From Carcharhinus amblyrhynchos (taxonomy: Eukaryota): 64,000 nucleotides of DNA. The notes below the pieces were generated by a model. That model was not told the DNA's origin, made no database searches, and worked only from the letters and a program-made list of their open reading frames with translations. Shown in pieces: positions 21,760 to 34,805 of the stretch (position 1 is its first letter; every line of letters begins with the position of its first letter). The position numbers and the translations under genes are program-made. The stretch lies in assembly GCA_965287045.1 (NCBI GenBank), contig OZ336888.1, positions 13,082,001 through 13,146,000 of the forward strand. Direction: 5' to 3'.

Positions 21760-22030
21760 AGCTCCATTTGTGGGGAGGGGTGTCCCCTTACCGGTGGGGG
21801 GTGGGGGGTGTCCTCTTCTGTTGTGTGGGGGAGTGTCCCCACCTTATGTGTGGGGGGAGGGGCAGTGTCCCCACCTTTTGTGTGAGGGGGGGCAGTGTCC
21901 CCTTCTGTGTGTGGAGGGGTGACCCCCTTATGTGTGTGCGGGGGGTGTCCCCTGATGTGTGTGTATGTGTGGGGCGGGGGGGGGGTTGTCCCCTGTATGT
22001 GTGGGGGGTTTGTCCCAGTGCTCCTGAGTT
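21760..22030. repeat. Degenerate G-rich tandem repeat (approx. GTGTGTGGGGGGGCAGTGTCCCCT units)
   Basis: About 9 imperfect units containing TGTCCCC and G-runs. Confidence 0.75.
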
Positions 22031-23330
22031 ATGGGGAGGTTAGTGGGTTACCTGTGTTCATGAGGGAGGAGCTTGCCTCGGTTCCTGTTGAGTGAGGGAG
22101 GTGGGTGTTGTTCTCTGTATCCCGGGGTGCAGTGGAGAGGGAGGGAAGGTGGATGGAGGATTGTTCCAATGCAAGGTGGCTCTCTTCGGCCCCACTCTGC
22201 ATTGTGACGGTGAAAACCAGGGCCCTAGATTCTCTGAAGGGACAACTCGGCCACTGAAGAGACACACACCGGTTTTCTTGCCTCAGCCAGCACCCTGTGC
22301 AGAGAGTTCAAAACCCTCTCAACTGCCTTGATTTATATCCTTTCCAAAGACAATTAAATCTACAGCATCTACACATATTCCCTCTTTTAAGCTTAAATCT
22401 GTATCCTCTCATCCTCCTTTAAAATTGTTGCCACAATGACTATAGTTGGAGTTAAATGGATTGGTTCTGTTGTGCTGAATAGTGTTTTTCTATTAGCTGC
22501 TAACACAACATTAATTTACAAACCAATGTCCACATAGAATCAACAAATAATACTCTATCATTATTATTACTCCCATTTTTATAAATGATATATTCTGCCT
22601 GCATGAATTGGAATAACGTTACAATTTGAGGTTTTAAGAAGAATAATAGCTTGAATTTTTTTAAACACTTAAAGAGCGGAATTTTCTCCCTCTCTGTGGT
22701 GGGTTTCATGGTGACGGGAGGTGGCGTGCCGCTCGCTGGTGGCGGAATCTTATGGTTCTGCCATTGTCGATGGGGTTTCCCATTGAAAGTACCCCTCGCT
22801 GCTGGGAAATCCGGGTGTGCCATCAACAGCATTGTAAGATCCCACCAGGGAGAACGGCAGAAAGGTTTTGGTGATAGTCTCGGTGCCAAGACTGAAATCA
22901 GGTCATGAGCTGGACATCGCGAACCGGTGGGGGGGGGGGATGTTATTCATGGCAACCAATTAAGAGTTTGCCGCAGGACTATCTTCATAATGTCAGCCTG
23001 ATTTTTCAGTCTACTGGTCAAATGAAAAAGCTTTTAGAAGTGGCTGCTGCTGGGACTACAAGGAGAGGAAGGTGGTGCCTTCATGTCAAGGTGCCCTCAA
23101 AAGGCAGGTAAGATCATTCTGATACATGCAAGAGTCAGGCACGCTGGCGATCAGAGCGGTGACCCCGGAAGTGATGGTGTTGGAGCCAGGGGTTGGGTAC
23201 TCCATCAGCCATTGAGTAGACACAATAGAAAGCTCACCCCCATCCTGGTGCAGAAAGTGGCCTGTAATTAGCCAATCAATTGTAATTATTGGCTGCCCAA
23301 CCTCTGGTTGCCTGTTGCTGCTGTTCTCAC

Positions 23331-23514
23331 AGTAAGAAGTCTCACAACACCAGGTTAAAGTCCAACAGGTTTATTTGATAGCAAACACCACTAGGACAGG
23401 TTGAGGCCGTCCTAGTGGCTTTTGCTACCAGATAAACCTGTTGGTCTTTAACCTGGTGTTGTGAGACTTCTTACTGTGTTTACCCCAGTCCAATGCCGGC
23501 ATCTCCGCATCATG
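23331..23514. mobile_element. Palindromic Penelope-derived mini-element (same family as 18996), hammerhead core absent, 14-bp TSD
   Basis: Arms ~23328-23397 and ~23409-23478; same unpaired 3' tail TTACCCCAGTCCAA...CATCATG; GCT(G/A)CTGTTCTCAC at 23317-23330 and 23515-23528. Confidence 0.85.
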
Positions 23515-23695
23515 GCTACTGTTCTCACCATTAACAATATCCCACTGCTACGGGAGTGTGTTCAGCTTCCCTCCCGATACCTTGCATTTGTTGTGGCCTT
23601 TTGCAGACCAGCCCATCTCCAGAGGGCTGGTGAAATTCAACCCCATTTACTTGTGAGAACTGATACTAACACTGACTTCACTACATTTGTTCTAG

Positions 23696-23873
23696 GCTGG
23701 AGAGAAATGGGTGTTGCCTGATAAGTGTCACAGTTTCACATGTAAACCAAATGGGGAGGTCCTTTCCTCAAACCACAAAGTGAACTGTGAGAAACTACAG
23801 AAACCAACTTGCAGCAACAATCTTCCCAGCATCAAAATTGAAGAAACATGTGGCTGTCGGTATGCGTGCCCCT
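23696..23873 (+). CDS. vwf: VWF exon 34-equivalent (D4N)
   Basis: 178 nt; AGEKWVLPDKCHSFTCKPNGEVLSSNHKVNCEKLQKPTCSNNLPSIKIEETCGCRYACPC; GTAAGT donor. Confidence 0.96.
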
Positions 23874-25046
23874 GTAAGTAGCATGATAAAAATGGTCATT
23901 TTTAATCACGGGTTTTTTTGGGAGGTTAGAACAGAGTCTCACTTGACCCTAGTTAAACAGTCTTTTGTTCCAGGACCCTTTTGATATTTTTCACTCAGCT
24001 AGATTTTGTTTTAGTTGGAGCCACTTTCTTTGTTTATCGCTCACTCCCTCTCATTCATGTTACTTGTATGTTAGCCTTCAGGTTTGAATTTTGGGAGCTG
24101 TGTGCTGACATCCAGGGGTGGGATTTTCTGGCCATGCTCATCCCAAGACCAGAAAATCCTATCCGAGGTCAGTGGACCTTTGCATGGGATCCGTGTCCCG
24201 CCCGCTATGATTCCCCTGGAGGGTGGGACTGTAAAATTCTGCGTCCCGTCCCCCCCCACCCCCTCACCCCAGTATCTGTGCTCTTGTCGTTTGATAGGCC
24301 TAGGTAAAACTGCCCCCCAGGCTACAGAAAGCAGATGCAACAGCCAACATTCCTGGAGTACGTTCTGAACACACTATTCTGAGTGACTAGTTAAAAGGTC
24401 AATGTAAAAATAACTTCTGTGTTGGCAGGCCAAAGGCACCCAGGGGACTAAATATTCAGTCTGTACTAGAACTAAATGTTTTTCATCCCATTGGTTTTAG
24501 TAGAATGAACATTATGAGATAAAGGTGAAAACTTATCCTGTGCAATGCCAGGCCTTATAAGGTCCATATTTCATTGGGCAAGTGGTGTTGGGGGCAGGGG
24601 GCAGAAATGTGCTAAATTGGCGAGAGTTGTAACACTGTGTCACTTAGTAATATTACATAAAGTAATATCATAACTTAATAGTTAAGCAGGATACATATTG
24701 ACATCATAAGGAAAAGATTGTTGGAACTTTTTTTGTACTGCAGTTTAATATTAATTTGATGCCCTTCCTTAAAAAAATATTTTTAAATGACAAGATAATT
24801 CCAAGTCAGGAAATTGTGGGTTCATGGCCTGCAACGGACACCAAGGGCAGATAACTTTAGCTAACAATACTATGCTGTATTATTTGAGGAGCTGTCTTTC
24901 AGGTGAAGTACTGCACTAAGGGCCTGTGTTTGGGGATAAATGATAAATGTTAAGTGGATCAAATCCCCTTTCTACTTAATCCCTTAAAACTAATGTGTTC
25001 ATAGTCCCATGTCAAAGATAGCTCATTCTTTAATAATCCTTTTGAG

Positions 25047-25127
25047 TTCCACAACCTATAATTGTTTCAGCACGAGGTCTTAAATTGAAATTAAGACCTC
25101 CTGCTGAAACAATTATAGGTTGTGGAA
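25047..25127. repeat. 81-nt near-perfect inverted repeat (37-bp stem, 1 mismatch, 7-nt loop)
   Basis: TTCCACAACCTATAATTGTTTCAGCACGAGGTCTTAA-attgaaa-TTAAGACCTCCTGCTGAAACAATTATAGGTTGTGGAA. Confidence 0.95.
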
Positions 25128-25959
25128 AGCAGTCAAGCATTAATAATGACATAATGTTAACTCAAATTCCAAAAAAACAGCTATGGTAACTGCTAGGAAG
25201 GGCGTTGTTGCTTCACACTGATAGAGGCAAGCTTTTTTAATTGTTAAAGGGGTGGGATTTAGATAACTTCACAACGTGACAGTTGTATAGTCAGTTTTTC
25301 TGCCATTCAAAAGCATTCACATTTATTGTAAAAACTTGTAGTTCCCACACTGAACTCAGCACTGAATTCAGATGGCCCTGCCAAGCTTGGGTTTTCCCTT
25401 ACCAGCATCAATGTGATCCGCTGGAAATGAAAGCGGAATTTCTGGGTCCCACTACCCATTTGGGAAGCAGTCTCTCTGTGTACTTTGGGGTGCATTTAAG
25501 ACATAAAAGGGCAGTATAGAAAATACAGCATTGAGTGATCAGCCTACATTATGTGCTCATTATCTGTTGCAGGCCTTGAACCCACAATTCTGTCATTCAG
25601 AGCTGTTTAAAAGGGAAAAAAATAATTTTTTAAAGCAGTTTATACTGAGAGATTTCAAAATAACATTAGACTGTAGCACCAAAACTCTGAGAGTTGTTTC
25701 TTTTTCATGTCATGATTTTTAAAATAAGATGTCATTTGATCACGTAGACATAGAGAAAAATTTCCCCTTTTTGGAGGAATCCAAAACTTGCAGCTGTAAG
25801 CATAAGATAGTCATTAATAAATCCAACAAGGAAAGTAGGCCATTCAGGGAGTGGTTAAAACGCGGAACTCACTGTCACAAGGAATGGTTAAGGCACAGAC
25901 AAATGTCAAGGGAATCTAGATAAATACATGTGGTAGAAATGAATAGAAGGATATGCCAT

Positions 25960-26283
25960 TAGAATTATAGAATCCCTACAGTGCAGAAGGAGGCCATTAG
26001 GCTTATTGTGTCTGCACTGACCACAATCCAACTCTGGCCCTATCCCCATAACCCCACGTATTTATCTTGCTAATCCCCTGACACTAAGGCAATTTAGCAT
26101 GGCCAACCAAACTAACCTGAACATCTTTGGATTGTGGGAGGAAATTAAAACACCTGAAGGAAATCCACACAGACACTGGGAGAAGGTGCAAACTCCATAC
26201 AGACATTGGCCTGAGGTCAGAATTGAACCTGGGTCCCTGGTGCTATGAGGCAGCAGTGCTAACCACTGTGCCACCATGCAGCC
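25960..26283 (-). mobile_element. V-SINE with CR1-type tail
   Basis: Reverse complement of the head (GCAGCAGTGCTAACCACTGTGCCACC) and tail (AGAATCCCTACAGTGCAGAAGGAGGCCATT). Confidence 0.85.
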
Positions 26284-26411
26284 AAATGAGATGGGGGAGG
26301 GGAGGAAGTCTCCTGTCAAGCATAACATCGGTATAGACCAGTTGGACCAAAGACCTGTTTCCAAGCTGCAACTGTTATGCAGTATAGATTACATTCCTTT
26401 TTTATTAACAG

Positions 26412-26632
26412 GTGTATGTACAGTGTCTGCAAAAACACAGATTTCTACTTTTGATGGCCATGAATTCCCATTAACTGGAAGGTGCTCATACTTGTTGCTA
26501 CGAGTTGAAAATCAAGATACAAGATTAATCCTCCATAAGGGTTCATGTCACTTGGACCCCAATGAGGACTGCATCAAAGCAATTGAAATCAATCAGCATC
26601 ATACCAAAATTCTGCTGCATGATGACATGACT
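26412..26632 (+). CDS. vwf: VWF exon 35-equivalent (VWD4)
   Basis: 221 nt; VCTVSAKTQISTFDGHEFPLTGRCSYLLL...LHDDMT; GTGAGT donor. Confidence 0.96.
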
Positions 26633-26836
26633 GTGAGTACATACTGCTCATTTTCAGTTAACTAGCAGGTCAAAGCTATCCATGTGATAAGGTGCTACGT
26701 AAGTGGTTTATACTTACCAGTTGTAAACAAATATTACTGTGCTCAGTTAGATATGACCAAAATCAGGAGAGAGTGGAATCAGATACATTTTGTTTATGAA
26801 TGAGAATTTTAATCTGTTCTCTATTCTTTTTATTAG

Positions 26837-27029
26837 ATTTCAGTCAATGGACAACTAGCCTTTCCACCTATAACTGTTGGGAATATAGAGATCATTGACC
26901 ATGGCTCCAGCAATGTTGTGGCTAATATCCCAGATTTGGGGTTAATTCTTGTCAACAGCCCATTGAACCATCTTTTTGGTCTTTGGGTTTCTCCAACACT
27001 GTTCTTGACCAGAGTATCTGGGCTCTGTG
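26837..27029 (+). CDS. vwf: VWF exon 36-equivalent (VWD4)
   Basis: 193 nt; ISVNGQLAFPPITVGNIEII...LFLTRVSGLCG; GTGAGT donor. Confidence 0.95.
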
Positions 27030-28182
27030 GTGAGTGTGAAAAGCTGTGCGATGGACACTGTTCTGCCTGGATATTTGTAGATATTGTTAGCCCATTAATG
27101 GGCATATCTTTTCAAAAGAAAAAAAAAGGTGGGATTTACGCAGCCCACCAGCAGCGTGTTTTCTGGCAGTGATGGTGCTGCCAATGGGATCTTTCAGTCC
27201 TGCCGATGTCTACGGCATTTTGCATGGCTCGCCCGTCCCACTGCCAGGGAATCCACCATGGAGGTGTGGGCATTTTGGGAAGGGGGGCTGGGAGGTCACT
27301 TTTGGTGGGACCAGAAGACCTGTTGGCATGAAGGGCTAGAAAAATCACCCTCCCCCAGATTAATTCCCTAAAGACATGCTCCTGGTACGTAGGAGCCTGT
27401 ATGTGCACATATCAGACATGTCTGGAACACAGACTTTTAGAAGTATGCGACAGACTGATAACACATCAGACTGTCAGAAGTACTAGGAATGGATCTTTTT
27501 CTTTGTTGCTTTTACTGATATCAGGAGGCAGTATTACTAAGAGGTATGCCATGATCTTAAACAATGGTGGAGCAGGCTCGAGGAGCCAGATGGCCTACTC
27601 TGACTCCTAATTCCTATGTTATGTTGCAACAGTATTGTTCACAAGGTTACACCACTCGATGGGGTGAGCTTCATGGGTCTGATGAACTTTACCATCTCTT
27701 CATTATTTTTCTATGGTTTTGTTTCAACTGACAATAGTAAGTTAACTGAAGTTACTATCCTCGTTCCCATTTTGATAGGTATTTTTTCAATTTATTAGTG
27801 CTAGCTCTGGCTATGGCCACTTGTTTTTGGTCTCCCAAATCTTTGCAAGTGCCATTCTATTACCCATTTAAACGAGTTATGTGTGAGACTAGCTCACCTT
27901 TACTCTCCCACAAACTGAGTTACCAATCTTGAAATCAGAACTCCAGTACATGCAGATATCTCAACGTGAACTCCACAGTACAACATTCTGCCAAGATTTT
28001 TCCTCGCTGACATGAAATTTAGGCCTAAAACTGTTTTTGAACTGTGTTCAGTAATGTATTGGAACTAAGTGAATTTGTTATTTTGTTTTGGTAATTGGGA
28101 AAGCAAAGAGGTTGGAAAATGACACATCCCGATGTTCATTGTTCCACTAGATTTTCTTTTCATTTTTTCACTCTGTCCTTAA

Positions 28183-28676
28183 TGTGGGGGCTTTGGAGAA
28201 GGTGCAGAAAAGATTTACCAGGATGTTGCCTGGTATGGAGGGCAATTAGCTATGAGGAGAGGTTGGAGAAACTTGGTTTGTTCCCACTGGAGCGATGGAG
28301 GTTGAGGGGAGACCTGATAGAGGTCTACAAGATGATGAGGTATGGACAGAGTGGATAGTCAGAAGCTTTTTCCCAGGGTGGAAGAGTCAATTACTGGGTG
28401 CCTAGGTTTAAGGTGCGAGGGGCAAGGTTTAAAAGAGATGTACGAGGCAGATTTTTTACTGAGTCGTAGGTGCCTGGAACTCGGTGCTTGGGGAGGCAGT
28501 GGAAGCGGATACGATAGTGACTTTTAACGGGCGTCTTGACAATTTCATAAATGAGTTGGGAATAGAGGGATGCGATCCCCAGAAGGGTAAGGGTTTTAGT
28601 TAAGTCGGGCAGCATGGTCAGTGCAGGCTTAGAGGGCTGAAGGGCCTGTTCCTGTGCTGCAATTTTCTTTGTTCTT
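28183..28676 (+). mobile_element. CR1 LINE 3' fragment
   Basis: SYEERLEKLGLFPLERWRLRGDLIEVYKMMR...; 3' UTR ending TTCTTTGTTCT. Confidence 0.88.
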
Positions 28677-29141
28677 AAACTTACAGAGCCAGTGCTCAGA
28701 GTGGACTGAATCCATTCCTTGCTTGCACCAAAAATCAAATTCAAAATCCATTGAATCCAATTCAAGGGCCCCACCAGAAAGACAATCAAAATCAAAGCTG
28801 ACAAGATGAGGCATTGCACCCTACCTTGGGCTTGATCTGATGCTTAGCCAAAAAGCTGAGAAGTGCATTGCCTTCAGCTGCCTAGGTCTAAACTCTGGAA
28901 TTCTGTCTGTGACCCTCTGTACCCCCATCACCCTCCTTTAAAACCATCTTTAAAGCTTCCCCTTTGACTAAATCATTGGTCGTTTGTATTAATATTTGCT
29001 GATACGTTAAATTTTGTTTGAAAACTTGCCTGTGAAGTGTCTTGGAACATTTTATTCTGCCAAATGTGATAAATAAATGCAAATTGTTGTCAGCTAACAT
29101 TTCCCTTGGTCACTCTATTATTTTAAATTGTTTTCATTCAG

Positions 29142-29489
29142 GGACATGTGACAATGAACAGTTAAATGATTTTGAACTCCGGGATGGCACTATAACTAAT
29201 GACAGCCTCACGTTTATAAATGACTGGACTCTGAAAGAATCGCCGTCACAGAGTTGCCAGGAGCAAGTAGCAAAGGTGCCGCAGTGTGCACTGACGGGGG
29301 ATGAGTGTGGCATTCTGCACTCTGTGGTGTTTGACGAATGCCGCAAAGTGGTTGACCCGCAACCGTATCTCAGAACGTGCGAGCAGAAGGCCTGTAATCA
29401 CAGTGACGTCTGTGACTCCATTTCAGCGTACAGCTTCAGGTGCAAACTTCTGGGCATCTGCGTCAATTGGAGGTCTGATGACTTTTGCC
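29142..29489 (+). CDS. vwf: VWF exon 37-equivalent (VWD4/C8-4)
   Basis: 348 nt; TCDNEQLNDFELRDGT...GICVNWRSDDFC; GTAAGT donor. Confidence 0.96.
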
Positions 29490-31169
29490 GTAAGTTCAAT
29501 TCATCCTTCTTTTTATTGACCCTACAAGTGCCCTGAGCGGACAAACAACCAGATGCGATACAGGAAAGTTATCTCAGGTGCACGTGGTGCTTGGTCTTAC
29601 TTCTCACAGAATGATCCATCCCTGCCACGAGATGTATGATTAAAATTCCATAGGGTACATAGAGGGGAATGTTTTCCTCAGATGGTTGAGTCCAGGGTAA
29701 GGGGGGCATAACAGTTAAGATTAAAGCCAAGCCATTCAGAATTAAACTCAGAAAACGCATCTCCACCCAAAGGCGAATAATAACACTTAATAATAATTTT
29801 AATAATAATTTGGAACCCTCTCCTCCAGCTGTAGATGCTGAGACAATTGGAGATTTCTGGACTTTTATTGGGTAAAGGTTTCAAGGAATATAGAAAGGCG
29901 GGATAGATCAGCCATGATCTCATTGCCCTGTGGTGCTGACTTGGAGGAAGGAATGGCTGACTCCTCATTTTATCTTGAATCTTTACCATACACCATTTAA
30001 TTGTGTGTTGTTGAGATGGAGTGCAGTGTGCCTATTGCACATCTGCAGTTCCTTTGACTGTACATTCACCCTGACTATGTGAGATGCCTTGTTGATGCAG
30101 AGTTTTGCTGGTGTTGAACACGGTTCTGAATTTGGGCTGAAGGTCCATCGCTTTAATTCAGGACAAAATAAAACCCTTGAAGGCCATGCTGCCACTCAGT
30201 TGACGCCTCCTGGCAGCTGAGCTGCAGATAGCCAAGAATGTCTCCTAAAGGGAATGTGAAGGCTGTTAATGTTCTTAACATTGATGCTGTCTGATGCTTC
30301 CTAACCACTGACATTAAGATATGCCAAATCAGCCAGTTGGGTGCCCACATAAGCACTAAGCAAGTGCTTGATTCTTGTTGACAAGAAAAATGCATTCATC
30401 GCTTTGCCTGTGGACAGGAGACATCAAGATGAAAGAGGAATAGAGCTTTATACCAGATTCCAGAATTCCCAAGAGTGTAGATGACATCCCTGTACCACTG
30501 TGACTGTAGGATTTGGGCAGATGAACATGGAGGATACTGCTGCTTGTGCCCATGGCTATTTCCTGTGTGTGAATGTATCTGTTCTTTTTGAATGTACCGA
30601 CAACAAGTTTTGGTTGTAGATTTGCATGTTGGACTCACTGAAGTTATTTCATAAATATTGAACACTCTCAGAGTATGTGGAATGGAATGCAGATGAACAT
30701 TTTACAAGATCCTTTACTACGGAGAGAGCATTTCCCATGGTCCTGTGAAAGGGCTGAATATTACATTGGTGGGGGCTGCAGAGAGTCATGTTGTTCACCC
30801 CCCCCCCCCTTCTCCCACATAATCCATGTCACCATGCATCAACATGCTCCACTCTGACCCACCCTGCAGCCTTAAGCACTGGAGGCTTAATTAACAAAGG
30901 CCCCTTGGGAATTCCACCCCTTCATTGAGGCGGGAGCTCCAATTCTGGCCAAGTTTCTACAGTCCCGGCAGCACCAGGGAAGTGTCAGTGGCCACTGTCG
31001 GCATTGCTGGTGAAGAGAGGGCCTCCAGGTTGTGGATATCTGAGAGGGTCCACCTCGTGTCAAACGAGGGCATGTACACGGTGGGTCGTGCGTGGGCTGC
31101 TCTTGGAAGTTCCGGGAGTCGCCTAGTACTTCGTGTCGGTGTGTGTGCTTGATCCTGGACCGGTAGACG

Positions 31170-31487
31170 GGCGCCGCAACAGCTCGGTGACTAGCACTGC
31201 TAGCTGTGCAGATACATGGATTTGGGCCTGTGTCTGTGGGAGTTTGCGCATTCTCCCTGTGGTTGCGTGGGTTTCCTCCGGGCGCTCCAGTTTCCTCCCA
31301 CACCCCAAAGATGTGCTCTTAGGCTGATTGGTTTTACCAAATTGACACTATTCTCCCCTGAATCTGGCTAAGTTAGGGGTTCCATTCGTAGACATGCAGG
31401 GTAGAATAGGTGTAGGATGATGCGGCGGCGCGGGCTCGTTGGGCCAAAGGGCCTGTTTCCCGTGCTGGGTTGTTCTTTGTTCTTTGT
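31170..31487 (+). mobile_element. Divergent V-SINE
   Basis: GGGAGTTTGCGCATTCTCCCTGTGG...GGGTTTCCTCCGGGCGCTCCAGTTTCCTCCCAC; tail GGGCCAAAGGGCCTGTTTCCC. Confidence 0.7.
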
Positions 31488-32018
31488 AAGGTAAGCCCAG
31501 GACTTGGACCAGGAGGTTTTGGGTAAGATAGGGAGATGGGGATTGGAGTGGGGTGTTGTGTTTAAGGGAGGGTGAGGATAGGAAGGAAGGGTGCGTTAGC
31601 CTAAGGTGGAGATGAGTGTTATCCTTTGATCATCAAAGAACAGGCTCCCCAAAGCAAAATCCAACCCCCTCCCTTTAACAACTTAACATTGGGCTTTCTG
31701 CTCCTGCTCTGGTGTCCATGCCAAACAGGCAAACAGTGTATTATCAACATCAATAGGCTTGATCAATTGAATTGATCCATCATTATTCATTTAAATATGG
31801 GAGGTGGGCTGCCTATCTCAGCACCCTCTATCCCTCTATTACGGGGGCTAAGCTCGGGTGCAGGTGTGAAGGTAGTGGAATGAGCATCCCCCTACATTTT
31901 CCATGCCCCTCCACATGGGAAACATGCCTGTCAGGGGCAAGTATAGTTTAGCTGCAAAGTCTTACATTTTGTGTTTATCCATAGCTGCCTGCCTAAAAGT
32001 GTTATTCCTTCTCTTTAG

Positions 32019-32230
32019 CCCTCCAGTGCCCTAACTCGCTTGTATACGAACCTTGTGGGGTAAATTGCATCCGCCATTGCGATAGCATCGTGAATAAGAA
32101 CACCACGCATTGTCTAGTTTCTCCGACTGAAGGCTGCTTCTGCCCAGAAGGGAAGGTGTTGTTGGAAGGAAAGTGCGTCACCGTTGATGTCTGCACTCAG
32201 TGTACTGATCACCAGCAAGTTTCTCATCAG
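32019..32230 (+). CDS. vwf: VWF exon 38-equivalent (TIL4 and start of C1)
   Basis: 212 nt; PLQCPNSLVYEPCGVNCIRHCD...EGCFCPEGKVLLEGKCVTVDVCTQCTDHQQVSHQ; GTATAG donor. Confidence 0.95.
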
Positions 32231-32464
32231 GTATAGACACCAGTCCAAGAAGTAAGGCCAGGAAATTTGAAAACTGGCCATTTCTAACTGGGCAAAACCA
32301 AAATACCGCAAAATCTGAAGGTGGGAACAAAAGGTGCTGGGGATTCTGAGCCAGTCAGATGGTGTCTGTGATGAGAGGAGCAATGAACTGGGGAAAATAT
32401 TAACCTAAATCCAATCATTAGGAAGCTGATAGGGCTGGGTGCAAGCTGGCCTTCTGCTCAACCT

Positions 32465-32751
32465 GAATCCCTACAGTGCAGAAGGAGGCCATTTGGCCCA
32501 TCAAGTCTGCACTGGCCACAATCCCACCCAGGACTTATCCCCATAACTTCATGCGTTTACCCTAGCTAATCCCCCTCACACTAAGGGGCAATTTAGCACA
32601 GCCAATCCGCCTAACCCACACATCTTTGGACTATGGGAGGAAACCCACACAGACATGGGGAGAATGTGCATAGTGACCCAAGCTGGGAATTGAACCTGGG
32701 TTCCTGGATTTGAGCGGCAGCAGTGCTAGCCAATGTGCCACTGTGCTGCCC
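32465..32751 (-). mobile_element. V-SINE with CR1-type tail
   Basis: GAATCCCTACAGTGCAGAAGGAGGCCATTT...GCAGCAGTGCTAGCCAATGTGCCAC. Confidence 0.85.
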
Positions 32752-33335
32752 CTCCAGGTATTGGGCAGGTTGGGAACTCTATGGACATCCCACTCAGTGG
32801 GTTAGATTAAAATTAGCCTCAGAATTTTAAGTTGTTCCGATAATCATCGTCAAAGGAATGTGATGACCAGAATTGAATGCAATACTCTTAAGTGCGGCTG
32901 AACCAAAGTTTTATAAAGCCGCAATACGCATGGCAATGAATTTTCCATTGATTCAATTAAATTTGTTAGCACCAATTTACTACCAGGGAAAAAGTAAGGA
33001 AATAGGTTCATTGGTAAAATATCCTGTATGATCACGTGCCTTTATCGGGCGCAGTTAAGAGGTCAGTGTGAACATGGCCCTTTAGTAATAAAAATGCCTT
33101 CAAGCATCATGAGTTTTAGTCTCTGTTATAAATATAGTGTTTCCATCCAATTTTCTTTCCACACTTTGTGGTTTGCTAAGGCAGACTGTCGTCTGTTTCC
33201 ATAGCCAGTATTCTTGGAACAAGTCGCTAGTCCAGCCAGGGGCTTATAGCATCAAGTGTGGCCAAGCAGGAGTCTCTCCCACTTTTACCGCCTGCTATTG
33301 TCTTGTTGGAAGGATTTTGCTGGTTGACACTCAAT

Positions 33336-33471
33336 GGCCAGAATCTTATCAACATTCAGGTTGGTGGGATTTCCCCATCCCGCTGCAGTGAGTGGAGATT
33401 TAGCTGGCTGCCAAATCCTCCAACCTCCCTGCAACCGGAGCATTGCATGAACTGCAGGTAAAACTGTGCCC
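33336..33471. mobile_element. ~135-bp TIR mini-element
   Basis: Homologous to 2524-2658 (GGTGGGATT.CCCATCCC.CTGCAGTG..GGAGATTT.GCTGGCT). Confidence 0.65.
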
Positions 33472-34406
33472 AACCTGTTAGGCCATTCTCCTTGGCCATC
33501 ACCCTTGTGCTGGGACTATCACCCAGAGCTCAGAGGTAGGGACGCTACCTACTATATCACAGGACCTCCATAAATATAGCACGTTTCCGTGTATGCTCAG
33601 GCAGGATTGTGAGACAACTGTGTGCGCATTCAATCAAACATTCCCAGGTCAACTCTATTGTGAAAGGTAACATTTCATTAGATCAGCACGCCTGTGTAAT
33701 CACATTATTTTAGTGTACAAGTTCCATTGCTGGTGTTCTGAGTTCTTAGGACTTCCAGCTGGAAGTCCCTGAAATGTAAAGACTACTTGAGCTTGTGGCC
33801 ACCTTGGCATTTGGAATGATGTGAAGACTGATCACATTTCACACTGGACCCTTGGCAATAGACGTAGAATCACTGAATCCCTACAGTGCAGAAGGAAGTC
33901 ATTTAGCTCATGGTGCCTGCACCGATATAGAAAGAATCTCCGCCACCGCTTCTGTTGGTAGTGCCTCTGAAGAGACTGGGGGTGGAGGGAGTGACGTTGC
34001 ATATTGCAGCACCATAATATCCTTTGAAAATTAAAGACAAACGTCACACGATTAATTGAGCCTCAAATATATGCTGCACTAGACAAACTAAAGAATGCAA
34101 ACAAGAAAGAAAACGCGACTGTGTTCAAAACTATCTGGAGAATGATCACTAATTTACAGCAAAGCTGCAGAGACTGGAAGAGAATATAGTGATTATAGGG
34201 CTGTGGCACCATACTGGCCTGAAAGACTTTTATTACAAGCTTTTTTTTTAAATGAATTTAAAGACAGAAAGCAACAGCATGTGATGAAAAGGAAAATGAT
34301 GAAATGGTTATTTTAACACTGTGGTAACAGGATGAATAATGCCTTGAGCATAAAGCTTCATGATGTTGTCCACGGCAGGGTTTTTAGTATCTTGTTTTTT
34401 TTTCAG

Positions 34407-34509
34407 CATTTGGATACTTGGATACCCGATGACAATCCGTGCCAGTTGTGCATGTGCTTAGACAACAGGCAGATCAACTGTACAAATAGGCCGTGTCCCA
34501 CTATTGCAG
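34407..34509 (+). CDS. vwf: VWF exon 39-equivalent (C1)
   Basis: 103 nt; [34 protein letters not shown]. Confidence 0.96.
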
Positions 34510-34805
34510 GTAAAATACAATTCACATCACCACTGACATCTCTTGACATTTAATTGGGTTAACTCAATTGTGTGGCATTTCCCTGAGCATTATTTTGTTA
34601 GAGGTACTAATCTTTCACAACATGCACATTTTTGTGGACTCCAGTTTCTTAAGAAGACTCAGCTTTGATGATGAGGTAGCCAATTATCTCACCAAATGTT
34701 TAAAAAATTGTTATCCACAATGCTTTGATAAAAATAGTTGAAAAATATAGTAAACGCGAAATCATACCACCATTTAACGTCAACTATCCAACTTCACACT
34801 GTCAA

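Noticed and set aside
21443-22095. Cys/Gly-rich ORFs resembling keratin-associated or metallothionein proteins
   Set aside because: Translation artefacts of the G-rich tandem repeat, open in several frames
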